NCBI GenBank assembly: GCA_037446215.1
Contig: JBBIJB010000009.1
Location: 15,701-53,662 of the forward strand
From: Armatimonadota bacterium
GTDB taxonomy: Bacteria > Sysuimicrobiota > Sysuimicrobiia > Sysuimicrobiales > Humicultoraceae
Direction of reading: 5' to 3'
Length of the DNA stretch: 37,962 nucleotides
The notes beneath the pieces are model-generated. The model was not told the origin of the DNA and searched no databases. It worked only from the letters and a program-made list of their open reading frames with translations. Shown here one piece after another: positions 8,977 to 17,752 of the stretch; the stretch's first letter is position 1, and each line of letters begins with the position of its first letter. Made by a program: the position numbers and the translations under genes.

Positions 8977-10008
8977 CTAGCGACCCACCAGCCTCTGCGC
9001 CTCCTGCTGGAAGCGGCGCTCGATCATCGCCTCGATTGGGATCGGCCCGGAGTAGTCCGCGAGCCCCGCCTCCCGGAACGTCCTCTCCATGTCCACGATG
9101 GTGCTCGTCACGATCCTCATGTCCGGATGGTAGAGCAACGGCGGCTCGGACTGGAGGACCTCGTCCCGCACGCCGGTGTACTTCTTGTAGGCCGCGACGT
9201 TCTCCGGGTCGAAGAAGCCCTGACCCTGCATCGCGCGCGCCGCCTTCATCAGGGCCGCAAGGAAGCGCGCGGCGACCTCGGGGCGGTCGCGCATGAACCT
9301 CCCCGAGTAGGCGAAGATCGTCGAGGCGTTGCCGGGCGCGAAGTTCTCCAGCAGCGGCCTGGCCATGAACTGCGAGAGGGCCGCCGAGGAGAAGGGCGAT
9401 CCGGTGAGCGATCCGTCCACCCTGCCCGCGCGTAGCGCGGGGCCGTGATCGGGGTTCGGCAGGCTGACCAGGTCGAAGTCGCGCGGCCCGATCCCACCCC
9501 TCCGCGCACCCAACAGGAACAGGTAGTGGCCGGCCGAGCCGACGCCGCCGGCGATTGCCACGCGGCGGCCGCGCAGGTCGCGCACCGAGCGGATCTCGCC
9601 CGAGTCGAACAGGTCCAGCCGCGCGAGTATCCTCGTCCCGTGCCGCTGTCCCCACGACGAGGTCGAGGCGACGATCCGCAGCTCGAGCTTCCGGTGGAAC
9701 GCGTTGAAGGTCGACGCCGAGAGACCGACCGCGCCCACGTCGAGCCTGTCCTGCGCCAGGAAGACGAGCGCCTCGGTCCCGGAGGCCACCCGCTGGAGAT
9801 CGATCTCTATCCCCTGCTCGCGGAAGAGGCCGCGTTCCATCGCCACGTAGAGCGTGGCGAAGTTGATGAGCGGGACGTGCGCGACGACCACCTTCTCGAT
9901 GCGCCCCCCCGTCCCCGGCGGCGCCGCGTGGAGATCGGCGTAGTACGCGGTGCCGCCTATCAACGCGAACGCGCAGAGCAGGGCGCAGAGGCGCCTGCCT
10001 CTAGCCAT
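8977..10008 (-). CDS. NitT/TauT/SsuA-family ABC substrate-binding protein
   Basis: Signal peptide, LYVAMERGLFREQGIE, DLRGRRVA; in an operon with a TauC-like permease and TauB-like ATPase. Confidence 0.88.
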   Translation of the reverse strand: MARGRRLCALLCAFALIGGTAYYADLHAAPPGTGGRIEKVVVAHVPLINFATLYVAMERGLFREQGIEIDLQRVASGTEALVFLAQDRLDVGAVGLSASTFNAFHRKLELRIVASTSSWGQRHGTRILARLDLFDSGEIRSVRDLRGRRVAIAGGVGSAGHYLFLLGARRGGIGPRDFDLVSLPNPDHGPALRAGRVDGSLTGSPFSSAALSQFMARPLLENFAPGNASTIFAYSGRFMRDRPEVAARFLAALMKAARAMQGQGFFDPENVAAYKKYTGVRDEVLQSEPPLLYHPDMRIVTSTIVDMERTFREAGLADYSGPIPIEAMIERRFQQEAQRLVGR

Positions 10009-10792
10009 GATCGACCCTCCCTTCGCCCTGGCGCTCCTCCTGCTGCCAGGGCATCAGCCGGTTGCCGGCCCAACGAACGGCCCCGTACGAGAGCATCCCG
10101 AGCGTGCCCACCACGATGAGTCCGGCGAACATCTCCTCTGGGCGCAGCGTGTTCCAGGCAAGCCAGATGAAGTATCCGATCCCGTCCTTGGCGGCCACGA
10201 ACTCGGCGGCGATGACGACGATCAGCGCCGTCCCCAGCGCCAGCCGGAGCCCGGTGAAGATCGCCGGCAGCGCGCCCGGCAGCACGATGTGCGCGAACAT
10301 CGAGAGGCGCCTGGCCCCGAACGCGCGGCCGGCCTCCAGGTAGATCGGCTCGACGCCCACGACCGCGGCAGTGGTGTTTATCACCACGATGAAGAACGTG
10401 GCTATCGCCACGATGGCGATCTTCGATGCCTCTCCCAGCCCGAATATGAGCATCACCAGGGGCAGGATCGCCACCTTTGGGATGACGTAGAGCGCGGAGA
10501 TGCTGGGCTCGAGCGCAACGCGCAGCGGCCTGACCGTGCCGAGGACCAGCCCCCCGCCGAGCCCTGCCGCGGTGCCGATTGCGAACCCCGCCAGGACGCG
10601 GAAGAGACTGGCGGCGGTGTGGCCCGCGAGGGTTCCGTCCGCCAGCAGGCGAGCGAAGGTCACGATCACGAGTGAGGGTGGCGGGAAGAACCGCGCGTCC
10701 AGCAGGCCGGTCTGCACCGCCGCTTCCCACCCCAGGAGCAGCCCCACGGAGGCGCACCCGGCGAGGAGGCGGTCCTGCGCCTCACCGCTCAC
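10001..10792 (-). CDS. NitT/TauT-family ABC permease
   Basis: FFPPPS, IPKVAILPL, EAGRAFGA, LPGALPAIFTGLRLA, AAEF...GIG. GTG start at 10792 has SD GGGAG (alternative ATG 10825). Confidence 0.9.
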   Translation of the reverse strand: MSGEAQDRLLAGCASVGLLLGWEAAVQTGLLDARFFPPPSLVIVTFARLLADGTLAGHTAASLFRVLAGFAIGTAAGLGGGLVLGTVRPLRVALEPSISALYVIPKVAILPLVMLIFGLGEASKIAIVAIATFFIVVINTTAAVVGVEPIYLEAGRAFGARRLSMFAHIVLPGALPAIFTGLRLALGTALIVVIAAEFVAAKDGIGYFIWLAWNTLRPEEMFAGLIVVGTLGMLSYGAVRWAGNRLMPWQQEERQGEGRVDHG

Positions 10793-11603
10793 GGTGGGTC
10801 TCCCTGTGCCCGTCGCCGGATGCATAAGCGCGATCGCCCATCGAGGCGACCGCCTCGTCCCGCAGCGCCTCCCATATGCGGTAGGAGAGGCTTGCGAACT
10901 CCGGGCGGGCCATCGCCTCCACTCCCCGCGGCCGCGCGAAGGGGACCTCGAACGCGGCCTTGACCGTGCCCGGGCGCGCGGTCATCAGCACGACGCGGTC
11001 GCCGAGCAGGATCGCCTCTTCGATGTCGTGCGTTATGTAGACGACGGTCTTGCGGTCGCTCTCCCACAGCCGCAACAGCTCGTCCATCAGTATCAGCCTG
11101 GTCTGGGCGTCGAGGGCGCCCAGCGGCTCGTCCATCAGCAGCACCTCGGGGTCGTTGGCGAAGGCCCGCGCTATGCTCACGCGCTGGCGCATCCCTCCCG
11201 AGAGCTGCCTGGGGTAGGCGTCCGCGAACTCCCCGAGGCCCACGCGGCCGATCCATCTGCGGGCTACCTCGTCCCTCTCGGCCCTGGGAACCCCGCGCAT
11301 CTGCATCCCGAAGACCACGTTCTGCTGGACGGTCTTCCAGGGGAAGATCGCGTACTCCTGAAAGACGATGCTGTGGAGCGGTTTGCCCCGCCCTCCGCCC
11401 GAGAACGAGACCGATCCGGCCGACTGGGGTACCAGCCCGCCGAGGATCCGCAGTAGGGTCGACTTGCCGCAGCCCGACGGTCCCACCACGCAGAGGAACT
11501 CGCCCTCGCCCACATCCAGGGAGACGTCCCTCAGCGCGACGAGCGGGCGCCCGCGCACGCTGTAGACCTTGCCTATGTTATTGAGAACGATTCTCGGTAA
11601 CAT
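10782..11603 (-). CDS. NitT/TauT-family ABC ATP-binding protein
   Basis: Walker A GPSGCGKS, LSGGMRQR signature, LLMDEPLGALDAQTR, ITHDIEEA. Start uncertain (ATG 11603 or TTG 11648). Confidence 0.92.
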   Translation of the reverse strand: MLPRIVLNNIGKVYSVRGRPLVALRDVSLDVGEGEFLCVVGPSGCGKSTLLRILGGLVPQSAGSVSFSGGGRGKPLHSIVFQEYAIFPWKTVQQNVVFGMQMRGVPRAERDEVARRWIGRVGLGEFADAYPRQLSGGMRQRVSIARAFANDPEVLLMDEPLGALDAQTRLILMDELLRLWESDRKTVVYITHDIEEAILLGDRVVLMTARPGTVKAAFEVPFARPRGVEAMARPEFASLSYRIWEALRDEAVASMGDRAYASGDGHRETHRER

Positions 11604-11776
11604 CGCGACCGGACACTTGGATCCCAGCGGCTGCTGCCGTTTGAGCAACTATCCTTCAGCATGCCCTCCTGCCTATCCTGCGTTGCGCCGGAGGGCCTTG
11701 CCCGGGCCCGGGCCTTGAAGGAACGCGCCCACGAGCGCGAGAAACTGGAAACCGAGCCTGAGAGGGAGGTACGTTC

Positions 11777-12742
11777 ATGAGGCAGCTCGCAGCGGTACTC
11801 TGTATCTTTGTGGCGATCGCGGCCGCGCCGTCTACGGCCGGCGCGGGCCCCGAGTCGTCCTGGCCCGAGGGCCGGCCGGTGACCATCGTCGTTCCGTTCG
11901 GAGCCGGCGGCGGCACGGACATCATCGCCAGGCAGCTCCAGCGGGCGATGCAGCGGTTCATCGAGCCCCCGATCGTGATCCGGAACATGCCGGGCGCCGG
12001 CAGCGGCATCGGCACGAACGAGGTCATGCGCTCCAAGGCGGACGGACACACCCTCCTGCTCTCCGGGACCCACACCGTCACGGCGACGCTGCAGGGGCTG
12101 GCCGCGGGGTCGATAATCCAGTTCGATCACATCGCCAGCCTCAACTGGGACGCGTTCGTCATCGCCGTCCTGGACAACGCCCCCTACAAGACCCTCGCCG
12201 ACCTGGTCGATGCCGGCAAGGCGTCTCCCGGCAAGATCACCATCGGGCACGCCGGGGTGGGCGCTCTCACGCACCTGACCTCGGAGGCCCTGAACAAGGC
12301 CGCTGGAAGCCCCTGGACCGTGGTCCCGTTCGAAGGCGGCGCCCGGCTGATCGCCGGCGTGCTCGGCAACGTGGTGACCGCCGGTGTGTTCTCCCAGTCC
12401 GAGGTCCAGGGCCAGGCCGGCCGGCTGCGGCCGCTTGCCGTGACAAGCCTCCGGCGGACGCCGCTCTTCCCGCAGGCGCCCACGGTCTCCGAGCTCGGAT
12501 ACAAGAACATACCCCAGGGGAGCTTCCGCTCCATCAGCGGGCCCAAGGGCATCCCCATGGAGAGCAGGCGCGCGATCGCGGCCGCGGTGGGCCGCGCGAT
12601 GAACGATCCCGACTGGATCGCGTTCTCGCGCGCCAACGGTCTCGTCAAGACCTACATGACCAACGAGGAGCTGGGGCGCTACTTCGCGGTGCTGACGCTC
12701 GATCTCTCCAAGCTGCTGCGCCTTGTGGGCCTGATGAAGTGA
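11777..12742 (+). CDS. tctC: Tripartite tricarboxylate transporter substrate-binding protein (TctC/Bug)
   Basis: WPEGRPVTIVVPFGAGGGTDIIAR, NMPGAGSGIG, ADGHTLL; SD GGGAGGT. Confidence 0.92.
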   Translation: MRQLAAVLCIFVAIAAAPSTAGAGPESSWPEGRPVTIVVPFGAGGGTDIIARQLQRAMQRFIEPPIVIRNMPGAGSGIGTNEVMRSKADGHTLLLSGTHTVTATLQGLAAGSIIQFDHIASLNWDAFVIAVLDNAPYKTLADLVDAGKASPGKITIGHAGVGALTHLTSEALNKAAGSPWTVVPFEGGARLIAGVLGNVVTAGVFSQSEVQGQAGRLRPLAVTSLRRTPLFPQAPTVSELGYKNIPQGSFRSISGPKGIPMESRRAIAAAVGRAMNDPDWIAFSRANGLVKTYMTNEELGRYFAVLTLDLSKLLRLVGLMK

Positions 12743-13197
12743 CGCGCTGCGCGCGGCTGGCCGCCGCGGCGGCCCTGGCCGCCCTCTCGGCGGCGGCCAT
12801 CTTCCTGGCCCGTGAGATCCCGAGTCGCCACGTGCGCGGGGACCCGGGCCCCCAGGCCTTTCCGATCGCGACCGCGGCGGTCGTCCTCGGTGGCGCCCTC
12901 GTGGTCCTGGCCGGCGAGCTCCGCGGCCCCCGAGGCGGGAAGGTGGGCATTGAGCCCTGGAACGACGCCGCGCTCGTCGGCGCCCTGATGGTTGCCTACC
13001 TGGCGCTGATGACCCCGCTGGGCTTCGTCCTCTCCACCGCCCTGTTCCTGGCCGCGGTCTCGCGCTACCTGGACAGGGAGCGCCGCTTCAGGGCCGCGGG
13101 CCATCTGATCGCCGGCGCGGGGGTGGCGGCGGCGCTGTGGCTCGCGTTCGGCCGGCTGCTGGGGGTCGTGCTCCCGGCCGGGCCGTGGGGATTCTAG
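12739..13197 (+). CDS. tctB: Tripartite tricarboxylate transporter small membrane subunit TctB
   Basis: GPQAFP motif, four hydrophobic segments, C-terminal LGVVLPAG; GTGA overlap with tctC. Confidence 0.85.
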   Translation: MTRCARLAAAAALAALSAAAIFLAREIPSRHVRGDPGPQAFPIATAAVVLGGALVVLAGELRGPRGGKVGIEPWNDAALVGALMVAYLALMTPLGFVLSTALFLAAVSRYLDRERRFRAAGHLIAGAGVAAALWLAFGRLLGVVLPAGPWGF

Positions 13198-13220
13198 ACC
13201 GTGGAGAGTGACCGGTTGAC

Positions 13221-14711
13221 ATGGAACCGCTAGTCCAGGGCATGGCGTTCGTCCTCCAGCCGCAGACCCTCTTCTGGATCGTTGTAGGGGACATCGTCGG
13301 GATCTTCATTGGCGCCATGCCCGGGCTTACAGCCACGATGGGGCTGGCGCTCTTCCTGCCGGTCAGCCTTCACCTCGACAGCCTGACCGCGATCGGCCTG
13401 CTGCTCGGGCTCTACTTCGGCGCGGTGACCGGCGCCTCGATACCGGCAATCCTCTTTGGGATCCCGGGCAACCCAAACGCGATCGCGACCGCGCTGGACG
13501 GCCTGCCGATGGCGCGGAAGGGGCAGGCGGGAATGGCGCTGGGAGGCGCTGTGATCGCCTCGTTCCTGGGGGGACTGATCAGCACGGCCGCTCTGCTGGC
13601 CGCCTCCCCGGCGCTCGCCCGCTTCTCGCTGCTGTTCGGGCCGGCCGAGTACTTCGCGCTCGCGGTGGCGAGCCTGACGATCATCGCAAGCGTCTCGGGA
13701 ACCAACCTGCTGAAGGGCGTCGTCATGGGCGCGATCGGGGTCCTCCTCGCCACGGTCGGGACCGACACGATGACCGGCATCGGCCGCTTCACCTTCGGGG
13801 ATCCGTTCCTGACCGGCGGGATCGGCCTGGTCCCGGTGCTGATCGGGATGTTCGGCATAACCCAGGCGCTGGACGACGCCGCGCGGAGCCGCACGGTGGG
13901 GCAGATCGTGACCCAGCAACTGGGCCGCATGTTCCCCAGCCTCCGCACCCTGTGGGGGATGTGGCGCACGATCCTCGAGTCGGGCTGGATAGGCACCTTC
14001 GTAGGCATCCTGCCGGGGGCAGGCGCCAGCGTGGCCGTGGTCCTCGCCTACGAGCGCGCCAAGCAGCGCTCTGCCCATCCCGAGGAGTTCGGCAGCGGGC
14101 GGCTCGAGGGGGTCGTGGCGCCCGAGGTGGCCAACAACGCGTGCATCGGGGGCGGCCTCATCCCGACCTTCACCCTGGCCCTGCCCGCGGAGGCCGCCGC
14201 CGTCCCGATCCTCGCGGCGATGATTATCCACGGGGTGACGCCCGGGCCCCTTCTCTTCTCGTTCCAGCCTCACTTCATCTACGCCGTCGTCTTCGCGATG
14301 ATAGTGGCCAACGTCACGACCTGCCTCTTCCAGCTCGGCGGGATCCGGATCTTCGTGAAGGCCCTCAGCATACCCCAGGCGATGATGACCCCGATCGTCA
14401 TCGTCCTGTCGATACTGGGCGCCTACGCGCTGAACGGCTGGATGCTCGACGCCGTGGTCGCGCTCGCGGCCGGGATCCTGGGCTTCGTGCTCAAGAGGGC
14501 GGGGTACCCGCTGATCCCATTGATCCTCGGCCTGGTGCTCGGGCCGATGATGGAGTCCGAGTTCCGTCGGATGCTGATAATCACCGGAGGCGACCTCTCG
14601 GTGTTCGCGACGAGGCCGATCAGCGCGGCGTTGCTGCTGCTGGGCGGCGTCTCGCTCGCAAGGCAGTTGATCGCGCAGAGCCGGCTGGCGCGTCTAGGGG
14701 GTGGGCCGTGA
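13221..14711 (+). CDS. tctA: Tripartite tricarboxylate transporter large membrane subunit TctA
   Basis: GAMPGL, PAILFGIPG, DGLPMARKG, FGPAEYF, GILPGAGA, APEVANNA, LGPMMESEFRR. Confidence 0.93.
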   Translation: MEPLVQGMAFVLQPQTLFWIVVGDIVGIFIGAMPGLTATMGLALFLPVSLHLDSLTAIGLLLGLYFGAVTGASIPAILFGIPGNPNAIATALDGLPMARKGQAGMALGGAVIASFLGGLISTAALLAASPALARFSLLFGPAEYFALAVASLTIIASVSGTNLLKGVVMGAIGVLLATVGTDTMTGIGRFTFGDPFLTGGIGLVPVLIGMFGITQALDDAARSRTVGQIVTQQLGRMFPSLRTLWGMWRTILESGWIGTFVGILPGAGASVAVVLAYERAKQRSAHPEEFGSGRLEGVVAPEVANNACIGGGLIPTFTLALPAEAAAVPILAAMIIHGVTPGPLLFSFQPHFIYAVVFAMIVANVTTCLFQLGGIRIFVKALSIPQAMMTPIVIVLSILGAYALNGWMLDAVVALAAGILGFVLKRAGYPLIPLILGLVLGPMMESEFRRMLIITGGDLSVFATRPISAALLLLGGVSLARQLIAQSRLARLGGGP

Positions 14712-15541
14712 CGGTACCCAGTGAGAGCCAGCACATAAGGGCCTCGGGCGAGGCGGTCGGGATCCGGAAGGTCGCGTCGCCGCAGGCGTGTCCCCTGCAG
14801 TTCATCGAGTTCTCGCTAGTCCACCTGACGCCGGAGGCCCCGCGCCTCTCGTGGGAGTCCGCGGAGAGGGAGGCGGTGCTCTACCTGCTGGGCGGCGCAT
14901 GCGACTTCGAGGTCGCCTCCGGCCCCGCCCCGCTCGCCGGCGCGCTCGACTCCCGGCCCTCGATCTTCGAAGGGCCGCCGTCGGCGCTCTTCGTGCCGGC
15001 GGGAGCGCGCCTCGCCGTCGAGGGTCGCCAGGTGGGGGCCCGCCTGGCGCTGTTCTCGGCGCCGTCAGCCGAGAGCCGCCCCCCGAAGCTCGTCGGGCCG
15101 GGCGAGGCCACGGCGCGTCAGGTCGGCTCCGGCGCCTTCCTGCGCACAGTGACCAGCGTGGTGGATCAGCACACGGCCAGCCGGCTGCTCGTGGGAGAGA
15201 CGCTCAACAGGCCGGGCGGCTGGTCGAGCTACCCACCGCACAAGCACGATGCCCTGTCCCAGGCGGAGGCGCCCATGGAGGAGGTCTACCACTACCTCCT
15301 CAGGCCCCAGGGAGGATTCGGGCTGCAGATGGTCTACACGCAGCCGGACGACCCCGCGCCGTTCCAGCGGATCTACCGAGTCCGCGACGGCGACACGGTG
15401 ATCATACCTCGGGGCTACCACCCGCTGGTGGCCGGCGGCGGGTACGAGCTCGCCTACCTCTGGGCGATCTCGGGCGCGCGCGTCCAGTACGCCGCCTGGG
15501 CGGACGACCCCGACCACGCCTGGATCAACCGGCCCGGCTAG
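14708..15541 (+). CDS. iolB: 5-deoxy-glucuronate isomerase (IolB/KduI cupin family)
   Basis: C-terminal part of the 529-aa ORF; GTG start overlaps the tctA stop. Motifs GGWSSYPPHKHD, EEVYHY, GFGLQMVY, IPRGYHP. Confidence 0.85.
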   Translation: MTVPSESQHIRASGEAVGIRKVASPQACPLQFIEFSLVHLTPEAPRLSWESAEREAVLYLLGGACDFEVASGPAPLAGALDSRPSIFEGPPSALFVPAGARLAVEGRQVGARLALFSAPSAESRPPKLVGPGEATARQVGSGAFLRTVTSVVDQHTASRLLVGETLNRPGGWSSYPPHKHDALSQAEAPMEEVYHYLLRPQGGFGLQMVYTQPDDPAPFQRIYRVRDGDTVIIPRGYHPLVAGGGYELAYLWAISGARVQYAAWADDPDHAWINRPG

Positions 15542-15556
15542 GAGGACGGCATCGGC

Positions 15557-16957
15557 ATGCGAGAGGTAATCGTCTTCGACTACGACGGCACGCTCGTCGA
15601 CAACTTCGCCGTCAAGCAGGAGTCCTACTGGCGCGCGGTTTCGAGCGTTCTGGGCCTCCCGCAGGGTGACAGGCCTGCCGTGGACGCGTCGTTCGCCAGG
15701 ACGAGCGGCGCCCACCGGTTCGTGCAACTGACCGAGACGCTGAGAGATCTCGGCCGCGAAGCGACCGAGGAGCAGCGCCAGGAGTTCTCACGCCGCTTCT
15801 CGGCGGCCAACGAGGCCGCCCGGGAGCGGATGCTCGAGTTCCCCTCCGCCCGCCGCACGCTCGAGGCCCTGCGGCTGCGGAGCGACCTGGTGCTCACGAG
15901 CGGCCTGCCGCATGCCGACCTGGTGGGCGACGCCGGACGCCGCGGGCTCGCGGCCTACTTCGTGGAGATAGAGGGGGGCGACAAGGGCCGAACGCTCGAC
16001 CGCCTCCGGGAGGCCGGTAGGAAGGTGGTGCTGTTCGTGGGTGACACGCCGCACGACGAGTCGGTGGCAGAGGCGCGGGGCGTGCCCTTCCACAGGGTAC
16101 GCGAGGACTCGGACCTGGCAGGCCTGCTGGAGCCGTCACCGCCCTTCCTGGCCGTGCTGGGCAGCAGCGGCGCGGTCCAGTCGGCCGCGCGCGACAACAC
16201 CTCCGTCGCGTGCGCGCTCGGCGGCTCCGCGATCCTGCTCGACTGCCCGGGCAGCCCCTACAAGAAGCTGCTGGCCGCCGGGATAGAGCCCATGACACTT
16301 GCCGCGGTCGTGCTCACCCACGGCCATCCCGACCACGTCTACGGCCTTCCCTCGCTGATACACCACCTCTGGATGCTGGCCAGGGAAGAACCGCTGCCGG
16401 TCTACGCGCCACGGTCCGAGATGGATCGGCTGCGGTCGCTGCTCGCCCTGTTCGACCTCGAGAGGCGCGCCGGCTTCGTGGAGCTCAGGCCGCTGCGCGC
16501 GGCCTTCCCGGATGGGAAGGGGCCCGGATCCGGGGCGGAGCCGGAGCCGTTCTGGGAGCACGAGGGACACGCCTTCTTCGCCCTGCCCGCCGATCACGGG
16601 CCGCCGGCCTTCTCGATCAGGTGGGATCTCCCCGGCGGGGCCAGGGTGGTCTACTCAGGGGATACGCGGCCGGTCGAGGCGCTCGCTGAGTTCGCGAGCG
16701 GCGCCACGCTCTTCGTCCACGAGGCCACCTATCTCGATGCCGACGCCGAGGTCGCAGACGAGGGGGGCCACACCACCGCCGCCCAGGCCGCGCGCCTCGC
16801 AGGGCGCGCCGGGGCAGAGCGGCTGCTGCTGGTGCACCTGCGCGGGCGCGTCGATGCCGCCCGCTGGATCGAGGAGGCACGGTCCGTGTTCTCGGGGGAG
16901 GTAGAAGTCCCCGACGACGGCGCGGTCTACCCGGTTACCCGTCCAGGGGGCCGATGA
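15557..16957 (+). CDS. Fusion of a HAD-family phosphatase and an RNase Z-like metallo-beta-lactamase-fold hydrolase
   Basis: HAD motifs FDYDGTLVD, LTSG, DK, FVGDTPHD. MBL motifs VLGSSGA, LLDCPG, THGHPDH, VYSGDT, HEAT, GHTT, LVH. One uninterrupted frame; SD AGGAGG. Confidence 0.85.
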   Translation: MREVIVFDYDGTLVDNFAVKQESYWRAVSSVLGLPQGDRPAVDASFARTSGAHRFVQLTETLRDLGREATEEQRQEFSRRFSAANEAARERMLEFPSARRTLEALRLRSDLVLTSGLPHADLVGDAGRRGLAAYFVEIEGGDKGRTLDRLREAGRKVVLFVGDTPHDESVAEARGVPFHRVREDSDLAGLLEPSPPFLAVLGSSGAVQSAARDNTSVACALGGSAILLDCPGSPYKKLLAAGIEPMTLAAVVLTHGHPDHVYGLPSLIHHLWMLAREEPLPVYAPRSEMDRLRSLLALFDLERRAGFVELRPLRAAFPDGKGPGSGAEPEPFWEHEGHAFFALPADHGPPAFSIRWDLPGGARVVYSGDTRPVEALAEFASGATLFVHEATYLDADAEVADEGGHTTAAQAARLAGRAGAERLLLVHLRGRVDAARWIEEARSVFSGEVEVPDDGAVYPVTRPGGR

Positions 16958-17696
16958 AGGGTATCGTCGTTCCCCCGTCCACCGCGATCGTCTGGCCCGT
17001 TATGTAGGCGGCACGGGGGCTCGCGAGGAACGCGACCAGCGCCGCCACCTCCTCGGCGGTCCCCATCCTGCCCATCGGGATGAAGCCCACCAGCCGCTTC
17101 CGCAGATCGTCGGGGAGGCCCGCGACGATCCCGGCGTCGATCGCGCCCGGTGCAACGGCGTTCACGGTCACGCCCCTGGACGCCAGCTCGCGGGCGAGCG
17201 TCTCGGTCAGGCCGATCAGCCCGGCCTTTGCCGCTGAGTAGTTGGCCTGGCCGGGTCCCCCGACCAGGCCGGCAATAGAGGCGATATTGATGATGCGGCC
17301 GCTGCGGCCGGCCAGTATGTGCGGGAGGGCGTGGCGGACACAGCGCAGGGCCCCGGAGAGGTTTGTCGAGACCACCGCCTGCCAATCCTCGGGCTGCATC
17401 CTCATCGTCAGCATGTCGCGGGTGATCCCGGCGTTGTTGACCAGGATGTCCAGGCCTCCCAGCCGCTCGACCGCCTCCGCCACGGAGCGTTCCACGTCCT
17501 CGTCAGAGACCACGTCGCCCTGTATCGCGGCGACCTCGAGCCCCGACAGCTCCTCCAGGAGGCCGCGCGCCCCCTCGGCGTTGGCGCGGTAGGTGAAGGC
17601 CACACCGATCCCGGCCCGCGCCAGCTCCACCACGATCGCCCTGCCCAGGCCGGACGATCCTCCTGTGACTAGGGCGGTTCTCTGCCGCGTCTCCAC
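16935..17696 (-). CDS. fabG: Short-chain dehydrogenase, 3-oxoacyl-ACP reductase (FabG)-like
   Basis: TGGSSGLG, NNAGITRD, GQANYSAAK, NAVAPG, IPMGRMG, YITGQ. GTG 17696 has SD AAGGAG (alternative ATG 17726). Paralog status unknown. Confidence 0.8.
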   Translation of the reverse strand: METRQRTALVTGGSSGLGRAIVVELARAGIGVAFTYRANAEGARGLLEELSGLEVAAIQGDVVSDEDVERSVAEAVERLGGLDILVNNAGITRDMLTMRMQPEDWQAVVSTNLSGALRCVRHALPHILAGRSGRIINIASIAGLVGGPGQANYSAAKAGLIGLTETLARELASRGVTVNAVAPGAIDAGIVAGLPDDLRKRLVGFIPMGRMGTAEEVAALVAFLASPRAAYITGQTIAVDGGTTIPFIGPLDG

Positions 17697-17752
17697 GGCG
17701 GCTCCTTCGGTCGAGACGCATCTCATGGCGGCTGTCTGATCGCGCCGGCCCG

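Noticed and set aside
7499-9655. 718-aa ORF as a large fusion or a beta-lactam resistance gene
   Set aside because: The first ~250 aa are an off-frame shadow of the NitT/TauT SBP. The real 465-aa protein has no signal peptide and resembles Pab87-type peptidases rather than AmpC.
11693-11717. GCCCGGGCCCGGGC palindrome flanked by GGGCCTTG direct repeats in the divergent NitT/TTT intergenic region
   Set aside because: Almost pure G/C, so likely by chance at this composition; no second copy seen.
16935-16957. 23-nt convergent 3' overlap between the HAD-MBL gene and fabG as antisense regulation
   Set aside because: Short tail-to-tail overlaps are common in compact high-GC genomes; no further evidence.
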